Shown: positions 13,703-27,707 of the stretch, piece after piece
How positions within the stretch are numbered: position 1 is the stretch's first letter
Layout: the number at the start of each line of letters is the position of its first letter
Assembly (NCBI RefSeq): GCF_006345805.1
Contig: NC_043002.1
Location: 87,172,001 to 87,236,000 of the forward strand
Length of the DNA stretch: 64,000 bases
Source: Octopus sinensis
Lineage: Eukaryota
Direction of reading: 5' to 3'
Made by a program: the position numbers and the translations under genes
Notes under the pieces: generated by a model
The model's database searches: none
Told to the model about the DNA's origin: nothing
What the model saw: the letters and a program-made list of their open reading frames with translations, nothing else

Positions 13703-14783
13703 GCGACATGCACGAGTCAAGTCATCTGAAGGCCAAGACATACTTAGATGTAGGTCTTTGTTGAAATCGTCGCGATTTGAAGCACTTCCATCTCCGCTCC
13801 ACATAAAAGGATTCAATTTCTTCGATATTTTCTAAGTACGATATCCCAAGTTAAAACTTTGCATTTTTTATTTTAATATATTTATATTGTTGATGAGGCA
13901 GTGAGCTGGCAGAATTGTTAGCACACCGGGCAAAATGCTTAGCGGCATTTCGTCTGTCTTTATGTTCTGAGTCCAATAGCGACAAGTGAGAGTCTGTAAC
14001 TCACATCTCAAAGGTTTTCGTTCAAAAAGCACCGTAGTTTTTGGGAAGCTGTTCACTCGCACGCTCCACAAACACACACACATATATATATATACTCACG
14101 CATACGATAGGTTTTCGCAATGTTTATCAAATTCCACCCACAAGGCTTTGATAAACTCAAGCTACAGTAGAAGACATTCAAAGTGGCCTGCAGTTGGATT
14201 GAAACTGCAACGACGTCGTTGCAAAGCAAACTTCTTGACCATACAACCAATCCAGAGCCCGATATAATTCGCTATAAATTTAGGAAGCAAGTTTCATAAA
14301 AACTAACGTTATTACCCCCACCTTCCTACCTGCTTCTAATATCCCACTCAGTAAATGACGGAAATAATTGCAGTTGACTGTAATGAATGCTGATTTTGAA
14401 CAATTATTATGTCTGATTGATAAGTTAATTAGCTGGTTATCTCGTTAAATATGTCACATTATACTCATGTTTTACTGGTGCTGTCACTCAAATGCTTTCC
14501 ATGAATCATTCTATGAAGACGTTTCGATACAACGCAATGCAACGAAATAAAACAAAAGAAGGAATTGTATAAAAGGCAATAATATATTTTTGCTTCAATA
14601 CATCAAATATATGACACAGTTATATAGAACTGGATATACAATTAATCAAAAATATATCGGCGATCTATTCTTGAAATATAAAGGAATGTTAAGATGGGAT
14701 TTTTATTTTTATTTCAAACAAGAAAAATATTCCATTTTTTTTTCGAGGTATGAAATGTAAATGTTATTTTGGAAGGGTAAGAG

Positions 14784-15047
14784 CAGTGATTCTCAACCGA
14801 AAATATATTTATCCCCTGGTGGAATAAAAGATTTACTTAACGTTGGGTAGATATATAATGCATGGAAATCATTAATTTTGTAATGCAGAAAATCTTAATA
14901 ATACAATTATTTCATTTTCCTTTTTTTTTTCTGTGCTTGTAACATCAGTTATGCATATTTTAATGCATGGGAATAAAGTGGGGGATAAATGGGGAAAATA
15001 CATGAAGCCGGAAGGGTAAATGACAGCGGGAGAGTTGAGAATCGCTG
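14784..15047. mobile_element. Old hAT-like MITE
   Basis: Termini cagtgattctcaacc / agttgagaatcgctg are hAT-type TIRs. The 8-bp TSD is not conserved. Confidence 0.6.
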
Positions 15048-15506
15048 ATGTAGAAGGTATATATTAAAATATAACTGAACATTGGTTCCATGGAGGATGA
15101 CTTGTACAGTGCTGCTTATACAGAACAGCATTGGTATAACACAGGGGATCAGAAGGTAGCAACTGTCAGAAACAAAGGGAAATTGGAACCCACAGTGAGA
15201 AGTCGTCTGAAAGAAAACAAAAAAAGTAATAAATAAAAAAACATGTTAGAAATAGACTATTTAAAAACAGAGTCGTCACAGCTGTTAATTGAGCATTAGT
15301 TAGTATTAGATACATGTAATAAGTAATATTTGGGACTGCACTAGCGCTCGGCTGGTACTTTATTGACTCCCACCCAGAAAAAAAATTGCTAGTCAAAGTT
15401 GACTTTGGCGGGATTTGAATTCAGAGCGCCAGAACAATCCAACGCTCTAACGACTAAGTCAATCGAAAGCTGTCAGGCATTGGAAGTTCCACTTGGTTAT
15501 GGGTGG

Positions 15507-15897
15507 TACTGTTGCTGTTGCTGTTGAGCGAACGGTCTTCGTCCCAGAGCTCGCAAGATGGGAGAAGTCCGAAATGTGGTCCTTTGCTATTCGTAAGACC
15601 TGCAGAAGAGAAAGCAGGTCAACCCCCGACACCGACACCATCATCGACGGATGGATGAATGCGCATCCCAGGCTCAGCGGTTGCGTAGGAAGTCGGGGAC
15701 AAGAAACAGGAAGAAAGAGTGAGAGAAAGTTGGAGCGAAAGAGTACAACAGGGGTCGCCACCACCCTCTGCCGAAGCCTCGTGGAGCTTTAGATGTTTAC
15801 GCTCAATAAACACACACAACGCCCGGTCTAGGAATCGAAACCGCAATCCTCCGACTGCGAGTCCGCTGCCCTAACCATTGGACCATTGTGCTTCCGC
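15507..15897 (-). mobile_element. tRNA(Arg)-like SINE, family D, tail type 1
   Basis: Head ...tggtccaatggttagggcagcggactcgcagtcggagg...gtttcgattcc. 11-bp TSD gttatgggtgg at 15496-15506 and 15898-15908; (CAACAG)n tail. Confidence 0.88.
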
Positions 15898-16038
15898 GTT
15901 ATGGGTGGCAGGACATTGAGGTCGATGCCTTTTCGCGACTACATGAACACCTAAAACAAGTTTAACAAAGCTTGGTAGATGGATAATCAACCTCGATTTA
16001 GGGAGGCGGCTGCAGTTCAGTTATTATATGCATATATT

Positions 16039-16253
16039 AAGGCGGCGAGCTGGCAGAATCGTTAGCACGCTGTACGAAATGCTTTGCAGTAATTCGCCCG
16101 TCGCTCCGTTCTGAGTTCAAAATCTGCCGAGGTCGAATTTGCCCTTCATCCTTTTGGGGGTCGATAAATTAAGTAGCAGTTGCGTACTGGGGTCGATCTA
16201 ATCGACTGGCTCCCTCCCCCGAAATTTCAGGAATTGTGGCTATAGTAGAAATC
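16039..16253 (+). mobile_element. tRNA-derived SINE, family A (aaggcggcgagctggcagaatcg head), tail type 1
   Basis: A box TGGCAGAATCG, B box GTTCAAA. 15-bp TSD attatatgcatatat at 16023-16037 and 16254-16268. Confidence 0.9.
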
Positions 16254-16350
16254 ATTATATGCATATATACTATAACGTAAGGCTAATAAAAGCTGAATAT
16301 AGGATGAGTCAATTATAGTTAGCACTAGCATGAATAACCAGGTAAATATT

Positions 16351-16562
16351 TACTCTTTTTACTCTTTTACTTGTTTCAGTCATTTGACTGCGGCCATGCT
16401 AGAGCACCGCCTTTAGTCGAGCAAATCGACCCCAGGACATATTCTTTGTAAGCCTAGTACTTATTCTATCGGTCTCTTTTGCCGAAACGCTAAGTTACGG
16501 GGACGTAAACACACCTGCATCGGTTGTCAAGTGATGTTGGGGGGACAAACACGGACATACAA

Positions 16563-16611
<49 letters not shown>

Positions 16612-16788
16612 CATGTACATATATACGAAGGGCTTCTTTCAGTTTCCGTCTACCAAATCCACTCACAAGGCTTTGGTCGGCCCGAGGCTATAGCAGAAGG
16701 CACTTGCCCAAGGTGCCACGCAGTGGTACTGAAACCGGAACCATGTGGTTGGCAAGCAATCTACTTACCACACAGCCACTCTTGCGCC
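16351..16788 (-). mobile_element. SINE family B
   Basis: Near-identical to the 9071 and 35592 copies. Confidence 0.9.
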
Positions 16789-17409
16789 TATATGTTTATA
16801 AGTATTATTTCGTGCGTTGGTATACAGCCACGAATCGGAGGTTTTTATTTCCAAAACAGCCACTGGTCACAAATTTCTTGAAAGAGTATAATGGCTTATG
16901 TCACCTCATTATCCAACTGGTATTTTAATTTTTGTCACGATTTAAATTTAAAATGAATCGATTGGATCAATCCCAGCTCAACACTGGTTCTTATGTTATC
17001 GACTTCGGATTAATGAAAGGTGAAGTCTATTTCGACGTGCAGGGCTTTAGGCTAAACGAACTAATTAAAACATAATACTATAAATAATTTAATTATTGAT
17101 CAGTGTTGAATTATAAATTCTCTTAAGATTCACTTAAGTTTTACTTAAAGATTAAAATTAAAACATCATTTGAATAATTTTTGAAAGAGAAAATAAGAAA
17201 AATATACATTTAAAATAGACCTAAGTTCAAAGAACTATCTAGTATCTGGTTTACGTTTCAAAAGGCCGATATTAACTCAAAAATATAAGGTGTATCAAAG
17301 AAGTATGCAAATTTTGTTTTTAATGGCGTTTAAATGAGCACAATTTCACTTGATCAATATCTTTTGAAGATATCTTCAACTGAGAAGAGAATAACTGTGA
17401 ATAATATTT

Positions 17410-17790
17410 GCTAGAAAGACAGAATCGTTAAAGCACCAGGAAAAATCTCTTGCAGTATTTAGTTACGGATCTTTCCTTTTTGAGTTCCAGCGATGTAAAC
17501 TATGACTTTTATCCTTCTTCCGAAGTCGATAAAATACAGAAGCAGTCAGCTATTGGGTCGGTGTTATCAACTACATTCCTCGACCAGAAAGTGGAGGTCT
17601 TGTGTCTACATCAGCCTTTTACGTTCTGAGTTCAAATTCCGCCGAGGTCGACTTTGCCTTTCATCCTTTCGGGGTCAATTAAATAAGTACCAGTTACGCA
17701 CTGGGGTCAATATAATCGACTTAATCCCCTTGTCTGTCCTTGTTTGTCTCCTCTATGTTTACCCCCCTGTGGGCAATAAAGAAATAAATA
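17410..17790 (+). mobile_element. SINE family A: old copy followed by a younger 5'-truncated copy
   Basis: gacagaatcgttaaagcaccagg... followed by tacgttctgagttcaaattccgccgagg...ggcaataaagaaata. Confidence 0.75.
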
Positions 17791-17810
17791 TTTAACTTCA
17801 TCAGTGATAT

Positions 17811-17849
<39 letters not shown>

Positions 17850-17949
17850 AGAAAGAGGGAGAGAGAGAAATTATGGATTCATTTTTTTGTATAGCTTTTG
17901 ATCTAACAATTATGAACGTGACCTGATTAGCATACGGAAATGAAAGAAA

Positions 17950-19190
17950 AAAAACATGACTGAGTATTTGGTAAACAGTGAACAAGACCTACTACAGTAT
18001 ACTGCTAATACAGATGGATTTACCAGCAATGAACTTGAGAGTGGTAATGAATTCCGATCACGAATAGTCAACGAAAGAGAGAGGGAACATAACTCCGCAT
18101 GGAATTACATGGTCAGTTCTACTGTGAGACTAACAAATTAAAAGATTAGCAAGCATCATGGAGGTGGCTCAGCAAAGGTAACATTAAAAAGAAGACCGAA
18201 ATCCTAATAATCACTACCCAGGACCAAGCAATGAATACCAACTCAGTGAAAAGGGAGTATATAGCACACAAGTGCAACGAACTTCTACAGAATGTGTTGG
18301 AAGAAGTTTGAAAGCGAGACTCACTTTGCCTGTGAAAATCTTGCGCAGAAAGAGCACAAGCGTGGACACAACAAAGTAGCCCCAAACCTTTACTGGCTAC
18401 TATGCCAGAAGTATGGATACAAGGTGACGAGAGTTTGGTACCAACATACACCGGAAAAGTAAGGCGGCGAGCTGGCAGAATCGTTAGCATGCCGGACAAA
18501 ATGCGTAGCCGTATTTCGTCTGCCGTTACGTTCTGAGTTCAAATTCCGTCGAGGTCGACTTTGCCTTTCATCCTTTCGGGGTCGATGAAAGAAGTACGAG
18601 TTACGCACTGGGGTCCATATAATCGACTTAATCCGTTTGTCTGTCCTTGTTTGTCCCCTCTGTGTTTAGCCCCTTTTGGGTAGTAAAGAAATAGGAAAAA
18701 GTAATGGACGAAACCTGGAATGCAAAGATTCTCTAGGGCTCTGAGTTCCAGACAAACAAGATGTTAGAGCACTGAAGGCCGAATATAGTAGGCTCTAGGT
18801 GGGCCGAAAAAGAGCGCCTAGTAATCGACGTCACATTGCCAGAAGATCAACGTATCATCATGAAAGAAAGAGAAAAGGTCGACAAATTTGGAGACCTGAA
18901 AATTGAGATCGCCAAGATGTGACAGCTGTGAGACATAAAATTTGTTCCTGTTGTCATCGGAGGATTGGGTTCAAAATCCACCCTACCTGAAGAAACATCA
19001 GGACATTTTAGAAATACCCTACAATCTTCGTGTATTGCAAAAATCGGCTTTACTTCGAACTACATGCATACTACGTAAAGTACTGTCTCTCTGAGGTCTT
19101 TGTTGTGACTTGATAGAGAGTACAGATCCCCGGTACACACAATATCTTTAATCTACAACACCGCAATTTTGGATACTTTGCAACGTCTTC
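17950..19190 (+). mobile_element. R4/Dong-clade RLE non-LTR retrotransposon relic, interrupted by a family A SINE (18463-18696) and ending in (AAT)n
   Basis: WRWLSKGNIKKKTEILIITTQDQAMNT, LVIDVTLPED...EREKVDKFGDLKIEIAKM, FVPVVIGGLG, VLQKSALLRTTCILRKVLSL*. Confidence 0.8.
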
Positions 19191-19213
19191 AATAATAATA
19201 ATAATAATAACAA

Positions 19214-19444
19214 TCCTGTCTATTAAAGACACAAGGCCTGAAATTTAGGGAAGGGGGATAGTCGATTATATCGACCCCGGTACTCAACTGGTACTTTGTC
19301 TACCCCGAAAGGATGAAAAGGTATGTTGACCTCGTCGGAATTTGAACTCAGAACGTAGTGGCGGGGTAAATTACCGTTAAGCATTTCGTCCAGTGTGCTA
19401 ATGATTCTGCCAGCTCGCCGTCTTAATAATGCTGCTGCTGCTGC

Positions 19445-19511
<67 letters not shown>

Positions 19512-19718
19512 CCTTTTTACTATAGGCACAAGGGGAGAGTGGGGAGAGTAAATCGATCACATCGACCTCAGTAGTTGACTGGTACTTAATTTATCGACCC
19601 CTAAAGAATGAAAGGCGGAGTCGACTTTGGCGGAATTTGAACTCAGAACGCAAGAACGGACGAAATGCTGCTAAGCATTTTGCCCAGCGTTCTAACGCTT
19701 CTGCCAGCTCACCGCCTT
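19214..19718 (-). mobile_element. Two family A SINEs (19214-19424, 19511-19718) embedded in (AAT)n arrays
   Basis: Each ends on the plus strand in ...gccagctc(g/a)ccg(t/c)cttaataat and begins with aatcct after AAT units. Confidence 0.88.
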
Positions 19719-19815
19719 AATAATAATGATGATGATGATGATGATGATGATGATAATGATGATAATAATAATAATAGTAGTAGTAGTAGTAGTAGTAATA
19801 ATAATAATAATAATA

Positions 19816-19856
<41 letters not shown>

Positions 19857-19860
19857 CATG

Positions 19861-19907
<47 letters not shown>
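19718..19907. repeat. Compound (AAT)n/(GAT)n/(AGT)n microsatellite
   Basis: Direct reading. Confidence 0.97.
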
Positions 19908-19908
<1 letters not shown>

Positions 19909-20217
19909 GAATAGAGAAATAAGGATGTGGAAATTGAGATAACTCGAATGTGAAACCTGAAGGCAGAAAACATCTTTATAATAATAGGTGCGTTAGGTAT
20001 GGTAAAAAAATATGCAGACAAATGTATAACACAAACTCCAGGACTTATGAATATATGTAACACAGAAAAATAGCGCAGCTAGCAACTCGCACATTTTATG
20101 TACAACACTCAATACAGTAAAAAGGACAACATTAAAACAAACTACAGCACATACTCAGGCACACAAAGCTGCGGTCGGTAGTGCAGGGAAAACTTGCAAT
20201 AAAGATAAGACTATTGA

Positions 20218-20218
<1 letters not shown>
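19908..20218 (+). mobile_element. Short 5'-truncated R4/Dong 3' end
   Basis: KDVEIEITRM*NLKAENIFIIIGALGMVKKYADK, plus a 3' UTR (ggcacacaaagctgcggtcggtagtg...ataagactattgaataataat) homologous to 58727-58823 (minus). Confidence 0.85.
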
Positions 20219-20723
<505 letters not shown>

Positions 20724-22765
20724 GATATCCATTGAAATAAACTTTCACCAGCATGCCAATTAACTAACGCATTACACACTGAACACACAATACAAGCAGT
20801 AATACAACAGTAATAGGAAAAAAAAAACTAACGCAATACAATACCGGGAAGAGTTTGTGCACTCCCAAACAACAGAAAAGAACACACAATACTGCACCCC
20901 CCCCCCAGCAACACGGAGGTGTAGCAGGTGACGCAGTAGGAATTTGCCTTAGACTACTCAAATGTTGAACAATTATATGATAATAACAAGACAAGAAAAT
21001 AAACTATCTATTTTACATGGATGACTTAAGACTTTATGGCAAAGACGGTAATGAGCATGGAGGTCTATTGCATACTGTGAAAGCATTCAGTGGTGACATC
21101 GGGATGGAATTTGGTCTTGATAAATGTGCCAAGGCCACATTCCAGAAAGGAAAATTGAAGACCTCACATTCAGTGGTGTTAAATGTTGACACATTTATGA
21201 AACAACTTGAGCAGGAACAAATTTACAAATACCTCGGAATAAATGAGAGCTCTGGCATTCAGCATATAAGCATGAAAGAGAAGATCAGGAAGGTATGTTA
21301 CAGGAGAGCTTGAGGAATCCTAAAATCCGAGTTAAATGCACGTAACAAGGTGTTAGCCATTAATTCCTTAGTAGCTCCAGTTTTTATTTACAGTTTCAAT
21401 ATGTTGAACTGAAATATGAGCGAAATAAGGAAGATTGACAGGAAAATCCGTAAGATGTTGACTTGCAATAAGATGCACCACCCAAAGGCATACGCAGATC
21501 ATCTTTACTTTCTCAGAGCCCAAGGAAGGCGAGACTCGATCCAATTTGAAATCTCTTACAAAACCACCATAATTGGAGTGGTCAAATATCTTGAAACATC
21601 TAACGACTGGATGTTAAGACTTGTTAAAAACCACGAGAAACGTAAGAAGCTTCATTCTATCATGAAGGAGAACAAAAGATCTACTAGTGAGTTCATGCAT
21701 AATATCCAGATTAGACATCATGATGGAAGTGTGACAACTGTTGTTGCAAGGAAGGTGAAATCAATGGCAAAGCAAAAGGCGTTTAACAATTGGCTGATAG
21801 GTGGGAACAAAATCTCTGCATGGCAAATATGTGGACCGTAGCAAACAAGCTGATGTAGACCAGAAGCACACTCTTCAGTGGCAACGGAGCTCAGGACTAA
21901 AGGCAGAGAACGAAGACTTTATCTCAGCTGCTCAATATCAAAACTTATTGACCTGGAATTACCAAGCCAATGTGATGAAAACTGGAGTAGACTCAAAGTG
22001 CTGATACTGTAACGATGGGATTGAAACAGTGGACCACCTAATCTCTAGGTGTAAGATTTTATCACCAGAAGAGTATAACTCTAGGCATGACAGAGTTGGC
22101 TAATATCTACACTGGATGATATGTCGGCATTTTAAAATCAAAGCTGCTGACTAATAGTACAAGCACCATTCTGAGGCTGTAACTGAGGGAGAAATTGTTG
22201 CGATTCTTTAGGACTTTCCAATACATACAAACCGGACCATCAAAGTTATTAAACCAGATATTGTTGTGAAGGACCAAAACAATAAAATCTGTTTATTGAT
22301 TGACATGAACATACATTGTAGTCATATCTCGGCAAAAGAATATGATAAGCTCAGATTTGTTGACTGAAATCGAAAAAAATGTGGCATTTCAAGACATTTA
22401 CAATACCAATGATTGTAGGAGCACTTGCAATAACAAAAAAGGGGACTGAAAATTATTTGAGGATGATTCCTGGCTTACCATCCATGCAGGGAGTGCAAAA
22501 AATTGTCTTAACTGGTACTTTACACGTATTGAGAAGAGCACTGTCGCTGTGAATTTTTTTCTTTTTCCTCCTTATTTTCTTTTTTTCAGTTTTTCATTCT
22601 TTCTTTCTTACCTCTTTCTTCCCTTGTTTTTTTTTATCTCATGCCTTTGTAAATGAACAATCTGGTGTGTTTATTTTGATGGCATGCCAATGTATACAGC
22701 AAGTTTCTTTGCCGTAAGCGCTGGGAAGACACTCGGCAAGAAAGGGAACAAAATTGAAAGAAGAT
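20724..22765 (+). mobile_element. R4/Dong-clade RLE non-LTR retrotransposon, degenerate (RT C-half, CCHC, RLE, 3' UTR)
   Basis: FYMDDLRLY...FSGDIGMEFGLDKC, KSELNARNK, MHHPKA, LHGKY, SSGLKAENE...AAQ, ETVDHLISRC, KPDIVVKD...LID, IVGAL, VQKIVLTGTLHVLRRALSL*. (AAT)n at both ends. Confidence 0.92.
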
Positions 22766-22787
22766 AATAATAATAATAATAATAATA

Positions 22788-22822
<35 letters not shown>

Positions 22823-22908
22823 TACCTTATTTCATTTTCGTGCTGAAACATGAACATTCAAGGTGATCCTAGAATCCATTACGTAAAGCTTTAAGTCCGT
22901 AGACAATA

Positions 22909-22914
22909 TTTATT
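22909..22914 (-). terminator. Candidate polyadenylation signal AATAAA for the TMEM272-like gene
   Basis: Plus-strand tttatt at 22909-22914, about 76 nt downstream of the stop codon. Position only; no transcript evidence. Confidence 0.4.
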
Positions 22915-22989
22915 ATTTTGTCACAAAATTATACCCCTTTTGACTTCGCTTTTTATATATTTGATCAGTGATTATAAATATCGGAGACA

Positions 22990-23459
22990 TCACTTCACGT
23001 CTGTAGTTTGGCTTCTTTGTTCGCCAGGTTTCGATCGCCGGCAGTAGTAGGATATAAACAATCCGATGACAGTCAATAAGGCTAGTGCCATCCATGCGTA
23101 AGAAACAATGATCTGAAAAAGTGCCAGACCATACACAGATTTGTTACACCAATTGTTGGGGTCATGTAGCAGTTGCTCGAAGTTTGGCTTCCAGATGAGA
23201 AAAACCCAGTAAGTTCCAGTTAAGATCCAGCAAATGAGGAAAAGAACGAGAATTGTGTCCATGAGGCGATAGGAACGAGTTGAGAAAATCGCTTCTTCAG
23301 TGGGATCAAAACCTACGAGATCGGGTAAACTGTCAAAACGACGCTGTTGAACTTGACGCCATATTGTATACACCATCTTTAGCGTGCCGAAGCAACCGCC
23401 GACCAGCAGGTACACAGGTATTTTAGGCTGTTTCGGACAATCGTTCAGATACTTCACAC
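22990..23459 (-). CDS. TMEM272: TMEM272-like 4-TM membrane protein, coding exon 4 (last, 470 nt)
   Basis: Acceptor tttctttacAG|GT at 23461-23460 (phase 1). (G)VKYLNDCPKQPKIPVYLLVGGCFG...LFLICWILTGTYWVF...WCNKSVYGLA matches the recalled TMEM272 family pattern CPxxPxIPxYLxVGG / WFxxGxYWVF / YC(D/N)KxxY. Three hydrophobic helices; TGA at 22992-22990. Confidence 0.9.
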
Positions 23460-24594
23460 CTGTAAAGAAATAATTCAATAAAAAAACATCATATATTCAA
23501 TAGCAGCTTTTTCGTTTATGGCTTATGAAATCGAAAATATATTAAAAAGAAATAAAACCGTCTGTAAAGATTCAGCTGTTCGACCAACTGAAAAAGAATA
23601 AAAAAGGACTTGTGAATTAACGTTTTAATGGATGGGTAGTCTATGTACATGAGTACTCTTAATGTAATTCTCCGACTGAGTCAACATAAAACAAGGTGTG
23701 ACAAGATTGTACCTTAACTATTGGTGCAATCCACCCGACGTTCTTCTGCAGTTTCCATCAAACTACGGAGAAACTGCCATGTTTATAAAGTTTAGATGGT
23801 TTCCGATATTTTAAGCTTATCCAACAACAAGGCGAATTATATGGAGAAAGATTTATAAAACTTCATTTTGTCATTTTATTAATAAAAAATTGGGTGCCAA
23901 AACATTCATTAAATATATTTCGTGGGGCTTGGTATTTGTAATTTTGCGAGTTACTGTACTACTGGCTATCATTCCGTACTCTCCGACTGCCTAAAAGGAT
24001 ATTTAGTGGATTCCTTTCTTGCTGTAAGTGCTAACAGAGTATTCTAGAATCCACTCTATCAATTTAAATGTATTTCAGAGTCTAGTTAACGACTTTCTTG
24101 CTATAACTTTCAACTAGATGATCAATTTCTACTAAGAAGATGTCTACATCTTGTATTAATTCTTCGCATAGGTTTCTTCACGATCATAATATTGTGAGTT
24201 CTATTCCTGGACCGCGTGGTATGTTGTGACCTTGAGCAAGGCACTTCGTTTCCCGTTGCTCCAGTCTTCTCAGCGCAAAATGAGTACCAGCCGAGTACTG
24301 GTGCAGCCTGCTCTTCTTCTAGCTGTCACATCTTCGATGTTTCCCTGATTCAAAAGTAGGAGGGTCGAGAGTGTATCAACAATTAACGAAAGCATGCTTC
24401 ATGCTAACAGATCACACATGCTAGGGAGTGATGGCTATATCATTGATTTATTTAGTATTAAATTATTTGATAGTGAATGGTGTATAACCACTAAGCCATG
24501 CACCCTCGATACCAGTAGGAATAGACAAATGTGATATTGACAAATGTTTCATACAAGTTTGAAATACTGGAATACTCGGTTCGTTTCATCATGT

Positions 24595-24597
<3 letters not shown>

Positions 24598-24657
<60 letters not shown>
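24598..24657. repeat. (GA)n microsatellite
   Basis: Direct reading. Confidence 0.97.
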
Positions 24658-24658
<1 letters not shown>

Positions 24659-25199
24659 GGAGTAGACGGAGGTATGGAGAAAGAGTGGGAGATAGGGAGT
24701 GAGAAGAAGATATGAGTACTTTTTTGGTTTATTCAGAGCAGAGATCAGGGCCTCTGACCTTAGTGCTGGAATTAGGATGGAGAAGGATCAGTGGACCTCG
24801 AACCCATGGGTTACAGTAGCAAAAAATGACACATTAAGATATCGAGTTATCCCCGGACTGAATACCATGTTCGAATCTTTGCAACAATGTGGGACCTACT
24901 CAAAGCACCCAAAGTGTGGTGTTAAAGTAGAAAATGGATTAGAGTTGCTATCACAGAACAATTACCGATCATCTGATGGACTTCCATATAGTTTTAGTCA
25001 ACCAAATTTCATACATAGAGATTAGACCAATTCGAAACTACTCTAAAAGACACTTGTCCAAGATACCGCACATAGGATCGAACCCGAAACTGCATTATTC
25101 TGAAGTGAATATAGTCACGGTTTCTTCTATATGGAAGCAAAACCTTCAACAATGACTTTACAGCTCTGTGATTTAATGTTGGTTTAAAATTTTGACCCA

Positions 25200-25415
25200 A
25201 GGCTAGCAGGTTCGGAGGTCGGAGTCGGGGGTGGTGGAAAGTCGATTACAACGACTCCAGCGCTCGACTGTTATTCATTTTATCGACCCCGAAAGAGACG
25301 AAAGGCAAAGCCAACCTCGGCGGAATTTGAACCAAGAACGTGAAGACGGACGAAATGCCGCTCAGCATTTCGGCCGGTATGCTAACGATTCTGCCCGCTC
25401 GCCGCTTTGCTCAGT
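25200..25415 (-). mobile_element. SINE family A, tail type 1
   Basis: atcgaccccgaaagagacgaaaggcaaag...gctaacgattctgcccgctcgccgc. Confidence 0.8.
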
Positions 25416-26406
25416 GATTCAATATTATACATCACCAAATTCCACCAAGATCGACTTTACCTTTCCTACTTTTGGAGTCGATGAAATAAAATAAATATCA
25501 GTTGAGCACCGAAGTCGATAAAATAAGTACCAGTTGAGTACTGGGGTCGATGTAATCTATTTACTTCCATCCTCAAACTTGCTGGCCTTGTGCCAAAATT
25601 TGAAATCAATAATACTCATTATTATCTTAACCATATTAGCTACGGAGTCTCTATGTGGTCACTTTTTTTCGGATATTTCTACCAAATCTCCCTCAAAAGT
25701 TTTACAAAGAGAATGACAATAGATATCGCATTACCATGTGTGCAAAAGGACACATTGTTATGTCTGAAATGTTTTAAGATGCGGTGTCTGCGCAATTAGA
25801 GCCGAACCGGGGTCTAAGAAACCAACTATAATATCAACGGCAATATAATGTCACCAGACTATAAACAAAAGATACTAAAATATTCTGAACATATTTAAGT
25901 AAATTTGCAGTAATGGATCAACAGATATTGTTTATTTTATATGAAAAATAAAAAAATTAAAATTAAACGAACAACAAAACAAAACAAAATAAAAACAAAA
26001 AGAGCAAAACATGAAATAAAAAAAAAGACAACTTAGTTCTTAAATATATTTTGAAGATGTCTGCTTGTCTGACTCAGTTTAAATATTATCTCTTGTTAGA
26101 TCACTTACAATATTTCTGTTTATCTGTCTGTCGGCCTGTCTCTATATTCTTCCACACACATAGTTTCAAAATCTAAGCAAAATTGATATACATATCTACT
26201 TATGTATAACTAATATTTACACATAGCTGTGTATACTTATGTACGGTACATAACAACCTTGTCTGTCAGTCAATTATCATCTCTCTTTCTCCTTCACTCT
26301 CCCTCCCTCTCTCACCCTTTCACTCTCTCACATATAGATGCATATATATATATATTTTTTTTCTTTGTTTCAGCTCAGAGCTGCGGCTATGCTGATGCAC
26401 CGCCGT

Positions 26407-26494
<88 letters not shown>

Positions 26495-26985
26495 CGTGTT
26501 TATCTATGTGTGTATGTGCGCGTGCATTACATACAAGTACATTTCATTAAGTATTTTAAATGTCCATATTATCATGAGATTACATAGGTGTGCACACGCA
26601 GACATATAATTACACACACACACACACACACACACCACACACACACACACACAAGGAGTTTAAGAGAAATAATTGAAGTAGGTTAACAGCGTCAATTTAA
26701 ATCAATTTTAGATAAAATGTTCTGTATCATGTTTACAGAAAATGTCCCAAAGTATTTAAGTTTGCCTCTTAGTTGAAAAAAAAAACAACAACAAGAGAAA
26801 ACAACAGAAAATCCAATCAACTGTCAACAGTTTGTGTTTCATAGAAAAGGGGAAATGATATTAACATAATCTGATCTCTATATGTTGATATGAAGAGGGA
26901 CAACGATGAACCGCTTTCAGTATTATTCGAACTTAACATACCTTGGCAATATGTACACACGCACGCGCGCACACACACACATTTA

Positions 26986-27601
26986 CAGGAAGTTAATTAT
27001 ATGGCTGGTCATAGAATGACCAATGCTTTCCCATCCATAAAGCACTTAGCCTTATAGACGACTCGTCAGACTCCAATGTCCGCGGCCATTAGAATCAGAT
27101 TAGTCGTCTACACTGGCGAAAATAAATTTAAGACCGATGATAAACGTTCTATTTCTTACAAAATATTTTGTTACTAACACCATACAAATTATCTCTATTT
27201 TTTACACCTTATGCAAAATTTAATTCTCTTTCGAATGATGCAGACAATAACTATTTTTATACAACTTGAAGAATTCTAAAGCTTTGCCGATCTTTATATT
27301 GACACGTCTCCGAGTATAACTTCCACACTTGCACGCAAGCCGTTTTACTGCACTTTAGTTGCTTGCTGATGTTCGAAATAAATTCTGAATAAGGTGTAAA
27401 AGATAAAAATAATTTGTATGGTGTTACTAACACCATACAAATTATTTTTTATCTTTTACACCTTATTTACAAAATATTTTGTAAGAAATAGAACTTTTAT
27501 CATCGGTCTTAAATTTATTTTCGCCAGTGTATAAGGCGAAAGCACTTTATGGATACGAAACCATTGGTCACTCTATGACAAGCCATATAATTAACTTCCT
27601 G
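26986..27601. mobile_element. Tc1/mariner-type MITE (616 bp) with long imperfect TIRs and a TA target duplication
   Basis: TA|caggaagttaattatatggc...gccatataattaacttcctg|TA. Inverted similarity extends about 180 bp inward. Confidence 0.88.
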
Positions 27602-27662
27602 TAAATATATCTCCGCTCTAACGTTTAGAGTGGGCTTCTTTTTTGGATATATGATCTAGTGA

Positions 27663-27701
<39 letters not shown>

Positions 27702-27707
<6 letters not shown>

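Noticed and set aside
23460-23478. N-terminal MNYFFT of the 162-aa ORF as a real start
   Set aside because: The first codon is TTG and the segment is the intron's polypyrimidine tract and acceptor. The exon starts at 23459.
24699-25025. 108-aa ORF after the (GA)n tract
   Set aside because: It starts at GTG, has no recognisable motif, lies antisense within an intron, and has no splice support.
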